Shown here in pieces: positions 26,881 through 38,986 of a stretch of 64,000 nt of DNA; position 1 is the first letter of the stretch; each line of letters opens with the position of its first letter. The notes under the pieces are model-generated. The model saw only the letters and a program-made list of their open reading frames with translations. It made no database searches and was not told the origin of the DNA. Location of the stretch: positions 10,850,001 through 10,914,000 of the forward strand of contig NC_043002.1 in assembly GCF_006345805.1 (NCBI RefSeq), written 5' to 3'. The translations under genes were made by a program, and so were the position numbers. This stretch comes from Octopus sinensis (taxonomy: Eukaryota).

Positions 26881-27140
26881 TCCACTGAGCTCCCAATAGA
26901 TCATTCTTGCCAAATTGTCATGTTGTCTTTTGCATTCACGTTGTTCCAGTTTCGAACAATTACTCTGTCCCACACTATTTCCTCCCTTTCACCATGCATT
27001 CTACATTTGTCTCTTTCAGTCGTGTTACCAATTTTGCACTTCACATAGTTTGTCCTCAATGCTTGCTCTTGTGCTGCGAATATAAGTGATTCAGTTTCTA
27101 ATTATTATTATTACTATTATTGTTATCATTATTATCATTA

Positions 27141-27699
27141 TTGAGTGAGAGAGCAGTGCATGCCATCAAAGTGACACTGGGGTAAAATATACGAAGCCCA
27201 GTATACCCATCACGACTACCCGTCTGATAAGGGTACGCCAGGCACATGCATCACAACCATATGTGCGCGACATGGTGATCTCATATCAAGATAATCAGCA
27301 CATGACCTTGCAGGTGGGGCCCAGTTAGAATTTTCTTCTGGTCGAATAGCCCATCTCGATCAAAATATTCCTGAATAAGGATTGTTTAAGGATGTTGAAC
27401 GAACCACCCATTTTTCCAAAGGTGAATTATCCAAACCTCTAAGAATTCCTTTCAACACACGACTATGATGCTCCCCCACTACTTCTCCTCGTGATCAGAG
27501 ATGCACATATCGTCAGCCACTAAGGGACATGCTCAACTGGTTATGGTCAAACAACTGACAAGCAAATCTGTGGTATTGAGCAGAATATTTGCTGTAGCCC
27601 ATCTTTTATACCAAGACAAAACAATGTACAGGATAACACTCCCAATCAGTTAAGAACTGAAGCCACGAGAACCACTATCTGGTACTGCATCAGGGCATT
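27141..27699. mobile_element. ~560-bp non-coding interspersed element in (TAA)n tracts
   Basis: Reverse-complement copy at 51106-51656. Both copies abut TAA-type microsatellites. A partial tandem duplication follows at 27700-27778. Confidence 0.85.
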
Positions 27700-27779
27700 G
27701 TGGTATTGAGCAGAATATTTGCTGTAGCCCATCTTTTATACCAAGACAAAACAATGTACATGATAACACTTCCAATCGG

Positions 27780-27817
<38 letters not shown>

Positions 27818-27841
27818 GTAGTAGTAGTAGTAGTAGTAGTA

Positions 27842-27882
<41 letters not shown>

Positions 27883-28103
27883 TTCAGTAGTATATTTTTT
27901 ATAGCGTGCTTTCACTTCACTACCGAGCGCAGCTCTGTGTGCCTTGGGTATGTGCTGTGATTTGTTGTGATGCTCTGATGGTTACTGTATGGAAAGTGTT
28001 CTGCGTAGGATGTGTGCAGTGCCTAGTAGTGCAATTTTATGTATGTTATATGTGTCTGTAAGTCCTGGTGTTTTTGTTATGTATTTGTCTGAATTTTTTT
28101 TTT
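27883..28103 (-). mobile_element. R4/Dong-like LINE family A, 3' end only
   Basis: Nearly identical to 30371-30590 (3' UTR plus ..AHILRRTLSIQ). Confidence 0.9.
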
Positions 28104-28169
28104 ATTATTATTATTATCATCATCATCATCATCATCGTCACTACTACTACTGCTGCTGCTATTACTACT

Positions 28170-29075
28170 AGTAGCATACTCATCTTGTTACTTGAGGTGT
28201 CATTAATGTACCAGCTGTTCACTTCCCGTGAACTAAAATGGTACTTTTCAAACCTTGAGAACTTTTCAGATACTTTGCACTGCCAACCAGTGCTGTTTGC
28301 TGAATATTCTCTATTTTCATTTCTTATTTTTTCCAACCAATTTTCAATTTTTCTGGGTTTTTTTCCTTTTTTCTTTTTCTTTTTTTTTGTTGGTTATACC
28401 TAAAGTATCAAAAATTATTGGTGCTTGGTACATTGTTTGTTCGTTGACCACAGCTCTTTGGTTTCGCTCTTCAGAGTTTTCATATCTCGTAGTTTCTTCT
28501 GTATTTTTGCCTTCTTCGACGATTCTGTTTCCTCCAGGGCAAGCGAGGTCATTGACCAGACATGATTTCTCTTCCTTTCCGGTGTTCGATTCTATGATTA
28601 TACTGAATCATGACGCCCCCAGAGTATCATTGCTTTGTCAGTTTCTACCATTTCCTTTGACTCGTTTTCTTTTTACCATTTTTCACAAATTTCCCAATCC
28701 AAAAGTGTTTCATATTTCCCAAAGAACTACTCTTTCCATGACTTCTCTTGTATTCTCTCTGGGCCAATTTGCTGCATTCCCTTAAAAGAGATGCCATGCC
28801 ATCTCTCCAGTTTCACTACACATTCAACATTTGTCAGATTCTGCTCACTGGCCAATTCTTTGTTAGATACAATTTGTTCGCCGCACTCGTTCCTCTAATG
28901 CACATCCCAAGGCCTCTGCTTCAGATTTTAGGTCACTTTTATCTGCGTCTATGTCTCTTGGTATCTCTCTCAAGAACTGACCGTGCATCTTCTTATTTTT
29001 CTACTTGTTTTTCCCAGACCGCTTTGCATATGTAATAAACTGACATTCCTTACTTGAAGGAGTAGTGCTTTCTTT
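28170..29075 (-). mobile_element. Degenerate R4/Dong-like LINE 3' region (family D)
   Basis: Minus frames give MHGQFLREIP..LKSEAEAL..SDKC*MCSETGE..HL..ECSKLAQREYKR, a decayed CCHC finger plus RLE region. Confidence 0.7.
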
Positions 29076-29164
29076 GTGCCTTATTTACATAGTAAACAAT
29101 CAGCATTCTACCAAAACTTTGAAATCAATTATTATAATTATTATTATTATTGTTTTTTTTTCCC

Positions 29165-30175
29165 TTCAGACTTCAAAAATTTCTTCCATTTCTCGCCGAG
29201 TGTTTTCCGTACACCTAGGGCAGAGAAGCTCATTGTATGCATTCCCAGATTACACACGCAAATTCACAAGTAAAAAATATATTTTTAAAAATAAATAAAT
29301 ATATATATTCATGAATGGATGCTGATTTCACTGCGATAATGCTCTTCTCAGTACATGAGTCGTTCCAGTTAAAATGATTTTTTGCACTAGGGATGGTAAG
29401 CAAGGTATCATTTTCAAATAGGTTTCAGTAACTTTTTTCATCATTCCTAGAGATCCTACAATCACTGGTACTGTAGTCGACTTGAGATGCCACATTTTTT
29501 CAATTTCTATTAGCAAGTCTTTATATTTACTAATCTCGTCAAATTCTTTCGCCGCTCTATTGTGATCGCAAGGAATACTCATGTCAATTAATAAACACAC
29601 TTTTTTTGTCTGATATTTTATAATAATATCCGGTTTATTAGCTTTTATAGTGTTGTCGGTTTGTACGGGGTAGTCCAAGATAATCGATACATTTTCTCCC
29701 TCAGTCACAGCATCATGATGGTGTTCATACCATTTGTCAGCGGTTTTGATTTTATAATGCCGACATATTGTCCAGTGAAATACTGGCCGACTCTGTCATG
29801 TCTTGCTTTATATTCTACAGGTGCTAAGACTCTATACCCTGATATTAGGTGGTCTATTGTTTCAATATCATCGTTACATAATCGGCATTTTGGGTCAGCG
29901 CCATTTTTTATCACATTGGCTTGGTAGTTCCGGGTTAATAAGCTCTGGTCTTCAGCAGCTAATATGAAACCTTCACTTTCTGCTTTTAGCCCTAAGCTTC
30001 GTAACCATTGGTGCGTGTGTTTCTGGTCGACATCAGCTTGTTTGGTACGGGAAACATACTTTCCATTCAGAGGTTTCTGTTCCCATCTGCTAAATTTTCA
30101 CGTGCTTTTGTCTTTGCAATTAATTTCATTTTCTTCGTAGCAGCAGTTGGCGCATTTCCTTCAACCTGATCAATC
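29165..30175 (-). mobile_element. R4/Dong-like LINE family B, 3' portion
   Basis: KCRLCNDDIETIDHLISG..YKARHDRVG (CCHC) and KANKPDIIIK..CLLIDMSIPCD..KYKDL (PD..D RLE), in frameshifted ORFs 29705-29914 and 29328-29708. Confidence 0.9.
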
Positions 30176-30370
30176 TGGTAGGTATCTAAGAGGTAAGTAG
30201 CGAAGTATTAGCTCTTAATCATTATTATTATTATTGTTGTTGTTGTTGTTGTTGTCGTTATTGTTGTTGTTGTTCTTCTTTTCTTCTTCTTCTTCTTCTT
30301 CTTCTTCTTCTTCTTCTTCTTCTTCTTCTTCTCTTCTTCTTCTTATTCTTATTCTTATTATTATTATTAT

Positions 30371-31560
30371 TCGGTAGTTTTATTTTTATAGCGTGCTTTC
30401 ACTTCACTACCGAGCGCAGCTCTGTGTGCCTTGGGTATGTGCTGTGATGTGTTGTGATGCTCTGATGGTTATTGTATGGAAAGTGTTCTGCGTAGGATGT
30501 GTGCAGTGCCTGGTAGTGCAATTTTCTGTATGTTATATGTGTTTGTAAGTCCTGGTGTTTTTGTTATGTATTTGTCTGAATATTTTTTTATCATGCCTAA
30601 TGCACCTACTATGATAGGAAATGTTTCTGTTTTCAGATTCCACATTCTAGTTACCTCTATTTCCAGGTCTTTGTATTTTGAGAGTTTCTCCATTTCTTTT
30701 AGAGACACGTTGTCATCTGCCGGTATTGATACATCAATTAGAAAGCATTTTTTTTCTTCATGATCTCTGACAACTATATCTGGTCTGTTGGCCTTAATTT
30801 CTCTATCTGTGTGTATCGGCATATCCCAGAGTATGGTTGCTTTCTCGTTTTCTGTGACCTTTTCTGGTGTGTGCCTATACCATCTTTTTTCTGTTGTTAT
30901 TCCATAATGTTGGCATAGCTTCCAATGTATGTAGGTTCCAACTCTGTCATGTCTGTGAATATATTCCTTCTTAGCCAGGACTGGGCAGCTAGAGATAATA
31001 TGATTTATTGTTTCTTGTCCATCTCCACATATTCTGCAGTTACTTGTAATATTTCTTTTCATTACATGTTTTTGGTAATTTCTGGTGGGGAGGATTTGGT
31101 CTTGTGCTGCAATTAAAAATCCCTCTGTTTCTGCTTTGAGTCCTGAGCTTCTCAACCATTGCTGGGATTTTTCTTTGTCTATTTCTTTTGCGTTTAGTTT
31201 AGTGCAGTATTTACCATGAAGGGGCTTTTCTTGCCATCGTTTTATCATGGTTCGTTGCTGTTCTATTTTTAGTTTGGATTTCATTTGTTTTATAGCTTTT
31301 GTTGTTTCTTCATCATCTTCTTCTTCTTCGTGTTTATTAGGTGGTATGATTTATTGTTTGTATTTGTCAGCTTCCTTAAATACTGAGAACAGTTTTTTGT
31401 TTTGCTCGTGTTTTGCTGCTATCTGGATCAGTTTTCCTTCCTTCTGAAGTAGATATTTTTGCAGTCCTATGGTGGTTATTTTATAGTAGTTTTCCAGCTG
31501 TATAAGGCCTCTACCACCTTCTATACGTTGTATATATAGTCTTTCTATGTCAGATTTTAT
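30371..31560 (-). mobile_element. R4/Dong-like LINE family A, 5'-truncated young copy
   Basis: Flanked by (TAA)n/(AAG)n on the 3' side and (TAA)n on the 5' side. Carries RT C-terminus, CCHC finger and RLE domain. Confidence 0.95.
30469..31557 (-). pseudogene. LINE ORF C-terminus (RT thumb, CCHC zinc finger, restriction-like endonuclease)
   Basis: ERLYIQRIEGGRGL..; CRICGDGQETINHIISSC; KANRPDIVV..LIDVSIP..KEMEKLSKY. The two ORF-track pieces are in frame, separated by a single TAA at 31351-31353. Confidence 0.9.
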
Positions 31561-31571
31561 TATTATTATTA

Positions 31572-31622
<51 letters not shown>

Positions 31623-31633
31623 CATTATTATTA

Positions 31634-31670
<37 letters not shown>
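31561..31670. repeat. (TAA)n microsatellite
   Basis: ATT tandem run between two LINE copies. Confidence 0.95.
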
Positions 31671-31671
<1 letters not shown>

Positions 31672-31679
31672 TCTTTTTA

Positions 31680-32870
31680 TCACAGGTTTTGTTGGAACTC
31701 CTGGAGTCTTGCATGCGTAGCGGGCTTACTGTCTGCAGCCTACTATCTAATACTTTTCTGATTATTCTGGTCGTGCCAAGGAGGCAAAACTTTTGTAAGA
31801 ATTCTACTGGGCACTGTATTCCAATTTGATAATCCCCTTGATGCCTACTGATACTGTTCCCAAGGACTCAACACTAACTGGCACTATCTTCACCGTCTTC
31901 ATTTTCTATAGCTGGGCTATTTCGTACTTAAGAGTGTTGCATTTATCTATGTTTTCGCCTTCCATCTTGACTATTCGTAGGTTAAAGGGGCATGCAACAT
32001 CAACTATATAGCACATGTGGTGCGTTTTGTCCGGTCCGTATGCTCTAGCACCCGGTCTGTTTGGATTAGGAATTCCCAGATGACTTTGCTGATCTCCGAC
32101 TCCACCACTCATTGCGGTTTGTGATCATACCACGTCTTGCTTCTCTCCAACCCCAACTTTGCGCACGGTTTCGAATGTAGCACTTTCGCCACCTGATCAT
32201 GTCACCACACCTTGTAGTGGTTTTGGGCAAGTCTATGGCATTCGTTCGTGATATGGTCAATGGTTTCATACACTCTTTTACAAATGCAACACATTGGAGA
32301 CAATGGAATGAGCAATTGTCTCATTCCTAAGGTTGACCCACCTCTTAACCATTGCTCAGTTTTTCCTAGATCTTGCCTTGCCCGTATTATGTCCCTTTCA
32401 ATGCGTCGTTTCTACCATTTTTTGTTTTCTTACGTAGTAATTTCTCTTGAGCAAGTAGTACTATAGCTCGGAGAAGATTCCTTGTTTGTGTTATGTCCTC
32501 CGCTTGGAGGCCATATTTATCTTTTCTGTTACTTTATTTATCATATTCCCATCTACCCTTTACGTATTCATGGGGATTTTTTTCTTGTGGTGAGTCGTCT
32601 TTGAATTTCAAGCAATTCTAGTTGGTTCATTTCCTCTGCATGTCAACCAACCATACTATCAGGGCTCACAGTATAACGTTCCAGTTCCTTATCCTTTACA
32701 GCCCAATCACCATTTCCCTATTCCTCCTCTCTACTTTTCTCTCTGCATTCAACTCTTTTGATTTTGCATTCCACTTGGGCAGTGACATCAGTAGAGGGGC
32801 CTTCCTGTTCAGAGGTAACTTTTTCGCCGCCGCCGCTCACCATCTTTCATTGTATGTTATTTTTGTTTTC
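31680..32870 (-). mobile_element. R4/Dong-like LINE family C, internally deleted
   Basis: Minus frames include YIVDVACPFNLRIVK..KYEIAQL (RLE), a short RT-1-like piece and N-terminal MNQLELLEIQRR. The 3' UTR is shared with 35073. Confidence 0.7.
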
Positions 32871-33099
32871 GTATCTTAAGCGCCTCAAGCCCATGGATAG
32901 AAATTAGCCTTTATTTGCTTTCGAAGTTTTATTTCCGAGAGCATCTATCTAAAATGAGACGTGTTACATTTTATATTTATTGTTATTATCTTGTGTCTCT
33001 TTTAATTTGTTTAAACACTGTAGGCTCTCCGTTGTCTTGTTTATGTACGAGGTGAACAGGTGCATGTGTGAATTATGTAAACATTACATTTATGTGTAG

Positions 33100-33604
33100 T
33101 GGAGGCGCGTGGCTTAATGGTTAGGGTGTTGAGCTCATGATCGTCTGGTCGTGGTTTCGATTCCTGGACCGGGCGATGCGTTGTGTTCTTGAGCAAAACA
33201 CTTCATTTCACGTTGCTCCAGTCCACTCAGCTGGCAAAAATGAGTAATAAGGCGGCGAGCTGGCAGAACCGTTAGCACGCCGGGGGAATTGCTTAGAGGT
33301 ATTTCGTCTGCCGCTACGTTCCGAGTTCAAATTCCACCGAGGTCGACTTTGCCTGTCATTCTTTCGAGGTCGATTAAATAAGTACCAGTTACGCACTGGG
33401 CTCGATAGAATCGACTTAATCCGTTTGTCTGTCCTTGTTTGTCCCCTCTCTGTGTTTAGCCCCTTGTGGGCAGTAAAGAAATAAAAAATGAGTAATCCTG
33501 CGATGGACCAGCGTCCCGTCCAGGTGGAGAATTTCTACGCCACTGAAACCGGGAAACCGGCCCTTATGATCCTGGCATGGCTCGAGAAGGAACATTTTTT
33601 TTTT
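33100..33604 (+). mobile_element. SINE type C with a nested SINE type B (33249-33483)
   Basis: tRNA-like head with A box TGGCTTAATGG and B box GTTTCGATTCC. Outer TSD TACATTTATGTGTAG (33085-33099 / 33605-33619). Inner TSD AAAAATGAGTAAT (33236-33248 / 33484-33496). Confidence 0.9.
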
Positions 33605-33721
33605 TACATTTATGTGTAGAGATGATATTGCATATACGAAATTTATTTGTACTCAGAGTGTTTTTCTGTAGCAACCTCGCATTCTCGCGTATTGTTTCAA
33701 CTCATGTATAGGTAAGTCGCA

Positions 33722-34082
33722 TCCCCTCCTCACCGTGGTGGGTACGCTGGCAACGGGTAGTGTCAGAGCTATGCCCTCGGGAACTTCGGTTCCTGTTAGG
33801 GACACCCAAGGCGGATTGGTCTGACACCGAGTGGTATTAGGGCCACAACCCGGCAGACGGGGCTCTGGTGAAAATCCTCGGAGTGTCTGTTTCGGCAACC
33901 GGCGGCTCCTCGGTCGTTCTGTCCCTGCGTCTGCGGACAATCTGCGGCAAACAGGATGTCTCTACATGCGGGATTCTTGGGGATCGCTTGTGAAATCCAC
34001 GTATTCCCACGAAACTTCTTCCATGGTAGAAGAAGCCGACTCAACCCTCCCAGGGTGAATGTCGCCACAAGTACAAGTACAA
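33722..34082 (+). mobile_element. 361-bp CpG-rich retroposon, probable bipartite RTE derivative
   Basis: Direct repeats GTAAGTCGCA at 33712-33721 and 34083-34092, a (CAAGTA)n tail, and no tRNA head. Confidence 0.65.
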
Positions 34083-34388
34083 GTAAGTCGCACCACCGCA
34101 CGTCTCACACTCTTGTCTTTCTGCGACAACGTGCCTGACAGGAACCTATATTTCATATAAGAGGGAAATATTTCGGTATCCTGATCTAATTTAAATTAGG
34201 GACCAATTTTCTTTCATATTTTTGCTGTTTCATAAATCCTGTTTGCCGATTTAAATCTATGACTAGATTTAATCCAACTTTGCGAGGAACTCGCTCGTAA
34301 ATCAAGTACCAGTGGAATACTGGGGTCTACATAACCAACTAGTACCCTTCCCAAATTTTAGGCCTTGTGCCTTTAGTAGAAAGGGTTA

Positions 34389-34443
<55 letters not shown>

Positions 34444-34674
34444 CATCATCATCATCATCATCATTATTGTGTTAAGGTAGCGAGCTGACAGAATCGTTAA
34501 CACACAGAGCAAAATGCTTTGCTGTATTTGTCCGTCTTTACATTCTGAGTTCAAATTCTGCCGAGGTCGACTTTGACTTTTATCCTTTCGGGGTCGATAA
34601 ATCAAGTACCAGTGAAACCCTTTCCCAAATTTCAGGCGTTGTGCCTTTAGTAGAAAGCGTTATTATTATTATTA

Positions 34675-34739
<65 letters not shown>

Positions 34740-35072
34740 TCAATATTGAAGAAAGAAACAAGAGCGCAATCGTTATTGGTAATAAATAGAGATTGAGTTT
34801 ATTAAAATGATAATGAAACGGTTGAACAATATTTCGACACTATGTTAAGGCGGCGATCGTTAACCCGCGGGACGAAATAATTAGCGGTATTTCGCCCGTC
34901 GCTACGTTCTGAGTTCAAAGGCCGCTGAGTTCTACTTTTTCTTCCACCCATTCGGGATCGATAAAGTACCAGTGAAACACTGGTGTCGATGTAATCGACA
35001 TTTACCCTGCACCAAAATGGCTGCCCTTGTGACAAAACTTTGAAACCGTTATTGCTATTATTATTATTTCTC

Positions 35073-35395
35073 ATTATCACAGGTTTTGTTGGAGTCCCTG
35101 GAGTCCCTGGAGTCCCTGGAGCTCCTGGAGTCCCTAGAGTCTTGCATGCGTAATGGGCTTGCTACCTGCAGCCTACAGTACCATGATACCCATTCCAGAT
35201 TATCGAGACCGTGATTATTGAGACCGTGCCAAGGAGACAAATCTTTTGTAACAGTTCTACTGGTCACTCTATTCCAGTTTCCTTTATATTCCTCTTGATG
35301 CCTTCTGATACTGTTCCCAAGGATCCAACAATAATTGGCACTATCTTCACCATCTTCATTTCCCATAGCCGAGCTATTTCGTACTTCAGGGTGTT

Positions 35396-35398
<3 letters not shown>
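35073..35398 (-). mobile_element. R4/Dong-like LINE family C, 3' end
   Basis: Homologous to 31680-31935, with a 9-bp GGAGTCCCT expansion in the UTR. Bounded by (TAA)n. Confidence 0.85.
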
Positions 35399-35456
<58 letters not shown>

Positions 35457-36169
35457 ATGGGAATTAACTGTGACATTCTAACAGAAATCCTACTACGGTC
35501 CTCATGCCTGACATAATTATCTTTCCTTGTACCAAAGTCCATTTGCATTTGTATATTTCATAAGTACAGCGGTCGACCTAACTGACCAAGACACTTAAAG
35601 ACGGCTCTCTAGCATCTGAGCCATAAAACTAAAGAACAAAAACATCCAAAGTACAGACGGAACCCTGGGTTCGATTTGTAATTAATGTAATTCAACACCC
35701 TAACATCTAAAATTATTTCCACGTTTTAATGTTATTAATCCCAGTTTAATGTTATTTTAGTGTTATCAAAAAATTATTACAGTGCTGTAGAGTAATTATA
35801 GCAAGGTAACATGTATCATGCTTTCGTTAATTATTTTAAGCATCTATGTAGTCACGTGCAGACATCGGCAACTTTTCTGGTTTCTCTCTTTTCACATTTT
35901 GAGGACCCTTTATATTTAAATGAGTTTTCCCACGGATCCCTTTTAATATGTCTATCTTGGTACTGCCCAGGTGTCGAGACCATAATGATATCTGTGGGGC
36001 AGCTGATGATGGACGTATGCTGGATTGTTGGTATGGCAGTGGAATAGTAATATAACACATCCTTTTGATATATATTGATATATGAAATTTCGAATTTAAT
36101 TCAAGGACTCCAGTACGACTTTTGCGGTCCCCTAGAAGTCCGCGGACACCAGGTTGGGAAGCTACTGGT

Positions 36170-36565
36170 GACGAGCTGGCAAAAACGTTAGTACTCTGGG
36201 CGAAATGCTTAGCGGTATTTCGTCTGCCGATACGTTGGGTTCAAATTCCTCTGAGGTCGACTTTGCCTTTCATATTTTCGGGGTCGATTAAATAAGTACC
36301 AGTTACGCACTGGGGTCGATGTAATCGACTTAATCTCTTTGTCTGTCCTTGTTTGTCCCCACTACGTTTAGCCCATTGTGGGTAGTAAAGAAATAGGTAT
36401 TTCGTCTGTTCAAATTCCGCCGAGGTCGACTTTGCCTTTCATCCTTTCGGGGTCGATAAATTAAGTACCAGTTACATACTGGAGTCGATATAATCGACTT
36501 AATTCGTTTGCTTATCCTTGTTTGTTCCCTCTGTGTTTGGCCCCTTGTGGGTAGTAAAGGAATAG
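36170..36565 (+). mobile_element. SINE type B, two tandem bodies
   Basis: Junction AAAGAAATAGGTATTTCGTCTG near 36388-36409. Confidence 0.85.
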
Positions 36566-37070
36566 GCAGGTAGGTATGTAGGTGTGTGTATGTGCGTCTA
36601 TGTATATATATATGTGTGTGTGCGTGTCTATGTGTATATTTGTTTTTGTGAAGGTGCGTGTCCCTGGACCTTACGGTCGTGTGTTCTATTCCCAGCGTGA
36701 GTCCGATTTCAAGCGGCGCATTCTGTCCTTGAGAAAGACCCCTTTCCACTCAAATGAGTTGTACTTGTATTTCAAAGAGCCAAATTAGGGAGCATCTAAT
36801 AATATACCCGTGCGTCATTTTTTGCCTTCGGTATTTCCTATACATCTCCATCTCACATTGGCTGAAACAAAAAGAGAAAATTCGCTTCATCTTACGAATT
36901 CCGCGCATTATTTGAAATAGTTTTTTCTCCACAGTCTGGTGGAGAACCGCTGATTCACACTTGATAAAGCTGGTAGCGCGTATATATTGAGTTCCGCTTG
37001 TATAAAGTTAGCAGAAACATACGTATGTATATGGCACTGATACAGTAATGCTTCTGTGTGTGAGCGTGTG

Positions 37071-37124
<54 letters not shown>

Positions 37125-38102
37125 CGTGTGTGTATGTATGTGCGAGTCTGTGTGTGAGTTTGTGTGTATCTACGCATATACACATACATGTATATATACG
37201 CATACACATACCTCTGTGTGTCCACATGTGTGTGCATGTGTGTGTGTGCGCGTGTGTGTGTGTGTATGTGTGTGTGTGTGTATGTGTGTGTGTGTGTGAA
37301 AGGGAGAGAGAGAGAGTGTGTGTGTGGTCAGGCTATTGTTTCAACGTACGAAATGAATTTCAGTATGAAATATTTATAAAGAATAATGCTTGCGGGAAGA
37401 TATGATTATGAATTTTAATATTTTAAAATACCTTCAAACGTGAATTATTTTCAAGCATTAATATATGCATCCATCCATCCGTCCGTCCATCCATCCATAC
37501 ATACATCCATACATCCATCCATACAAGCATTACATAGAAACAGAGGCGTTGGCAGACCCGTCTATTTCAGAATTTGTCTCCCTAACAACAACAACACGTC
37601 AACTTGGACAAGTGTTTTTTTTATAACATCGGTTCATAATTCACTCACATTGCGAATGTTTTGGTAGCGGAAACTGTGCGGAATCTCTTCACATAGGTGA
37701 ATTGTACATATCTACAATACAACCAACGGCCATGTTGGAGCACCGCCTTTTAGTCGAACAAATTGCCTCCAAGATTTATTCTTTGTAAGTCTAGTACTTA
37801 TTCTATCGGTCTATTCTGCCGAACTGCTATATTACGGAGACGTAAACACACCAACATTGGTGTCAGGCGAGGGTGGATGTAAGACAGACACAAACATTAA
37901 TATATATATAAATATATATCGTGACTTCTGGCACTTAACTGATAAAAGAAAGCCAAAAATGACCATCTCTTTTTGCCTTTCCTTCTAATTGTTGTTTCTC
38001 TTGTCCGCTTTTGTGTCGTCTATCTGTCCTAACATTTTAATGCTCTCTATTGCATTTTCGTCCCATTATATATATATATAAACTCAGATAAACTTAGATA
38101 TA

Positions 38103-38734
38103 TTTCGACCAATGATTGGTCCAGGCCATGTCTAACTTAATAGCACCACCTGATAGGATTATTTGAATTTTGTTTAAGTCAAATTTTGTTTATGGTCCAT
38201 TCAAGTAGTGAGTTCTTGTTGGGTGAGTTGTATCCAATTATGGGTGGTTTATCTGGTATTCCTTGAAGGAATCTACCCAGACTCCGTTTAAAGTTGATGG
38301 GATCCTGTTCCTCTTTGATCTCTTTCGGGACAATGTTAAATAGGGCAGGGCCTGTTGAGGAAAAGAAATTATGTTGTAGTGTACTTGTATGCTGTGATCT
38401 TGAATTGGGCAGGGGACGTATGGCCCGCGGTCCCAGTCTTGGATGAACCTTGAAGCTAATGTTAAGGTCGTTTGGGCAAAGTTGGCGGTATATTCTCCAC
38501 ATCGTACAAATGATGTACCGCTCACGGCGACGCTGGAGAGAGTAGAGTTTCAAGGCTTTAAGGCGATCCCAATAATCGAGAGCAGCCATGCCTTCAATTC
38601 GTTTAGTCTGTGCTCTCTGTGGTGATTCAATCCTCGAGATGTTTTTGCCTTGTATGGGGAGACCTCAGTGGGCAGCAGTATTCGAGGTGTGGCCGTACAA
38701 AGGAGGAGAAAAGTGGTATGATGACACCTTGTTC

Positions 38735-38735
<1 letters not shown>
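38103..38735 (-). mobile_element. CR1/L2-group LINE 3' end
   Basis: VRPHLEYCCPL.SP (second frame) then LDYWDRLKALKLYSLQRRRERY..GPALFNIVP..FKRSL, followed by a 3' UTR stem-loop. Confidence 0.85.
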
Positions 38736-38783
<48 letters not shown>

Positions 38784-38786
<3 letters not shown>

Positions 38787-38986
38787 GGGGATGTACTTGC
38801 ATAGCGAGTGACTTGATCTGATATCGTGTGCTAGAACGAAAACAATTACAGCGTGGAAGGTGTTTATAAGCCATTTAAGAAACACACAAAAACCGTTTGA
38901 TTCAGTTCAACATTTAAATTTAATTTGTCAAAATATATTCGTCGCTTTAAGACCGCGACCTATTCACTGACAAAACTTCGTGCTGC
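38784..38986 (-). mobile_element. Second copy of the hammerhead-like element
   Basis: Homologous to 23832-24005. The motif at 38924-38974 reads GUGAAUA in the core and has a mutated stem III. Confidence 0.8.

Noticed and set aside
33100-33175. tRNA gene
   Set aside because: A/B boxes are present but there is no closed cloverleaf or acceptor stem, and the sequence continues into a SINE body with a TSD. The same applies to the other SINE heads.
35852-36058. ORF starting like a HYR domain (SCPTDIIMVSTPGQ)
   Set aside because: The similarity is limited to a few residues, with no convincing splice donor or supporting exons.
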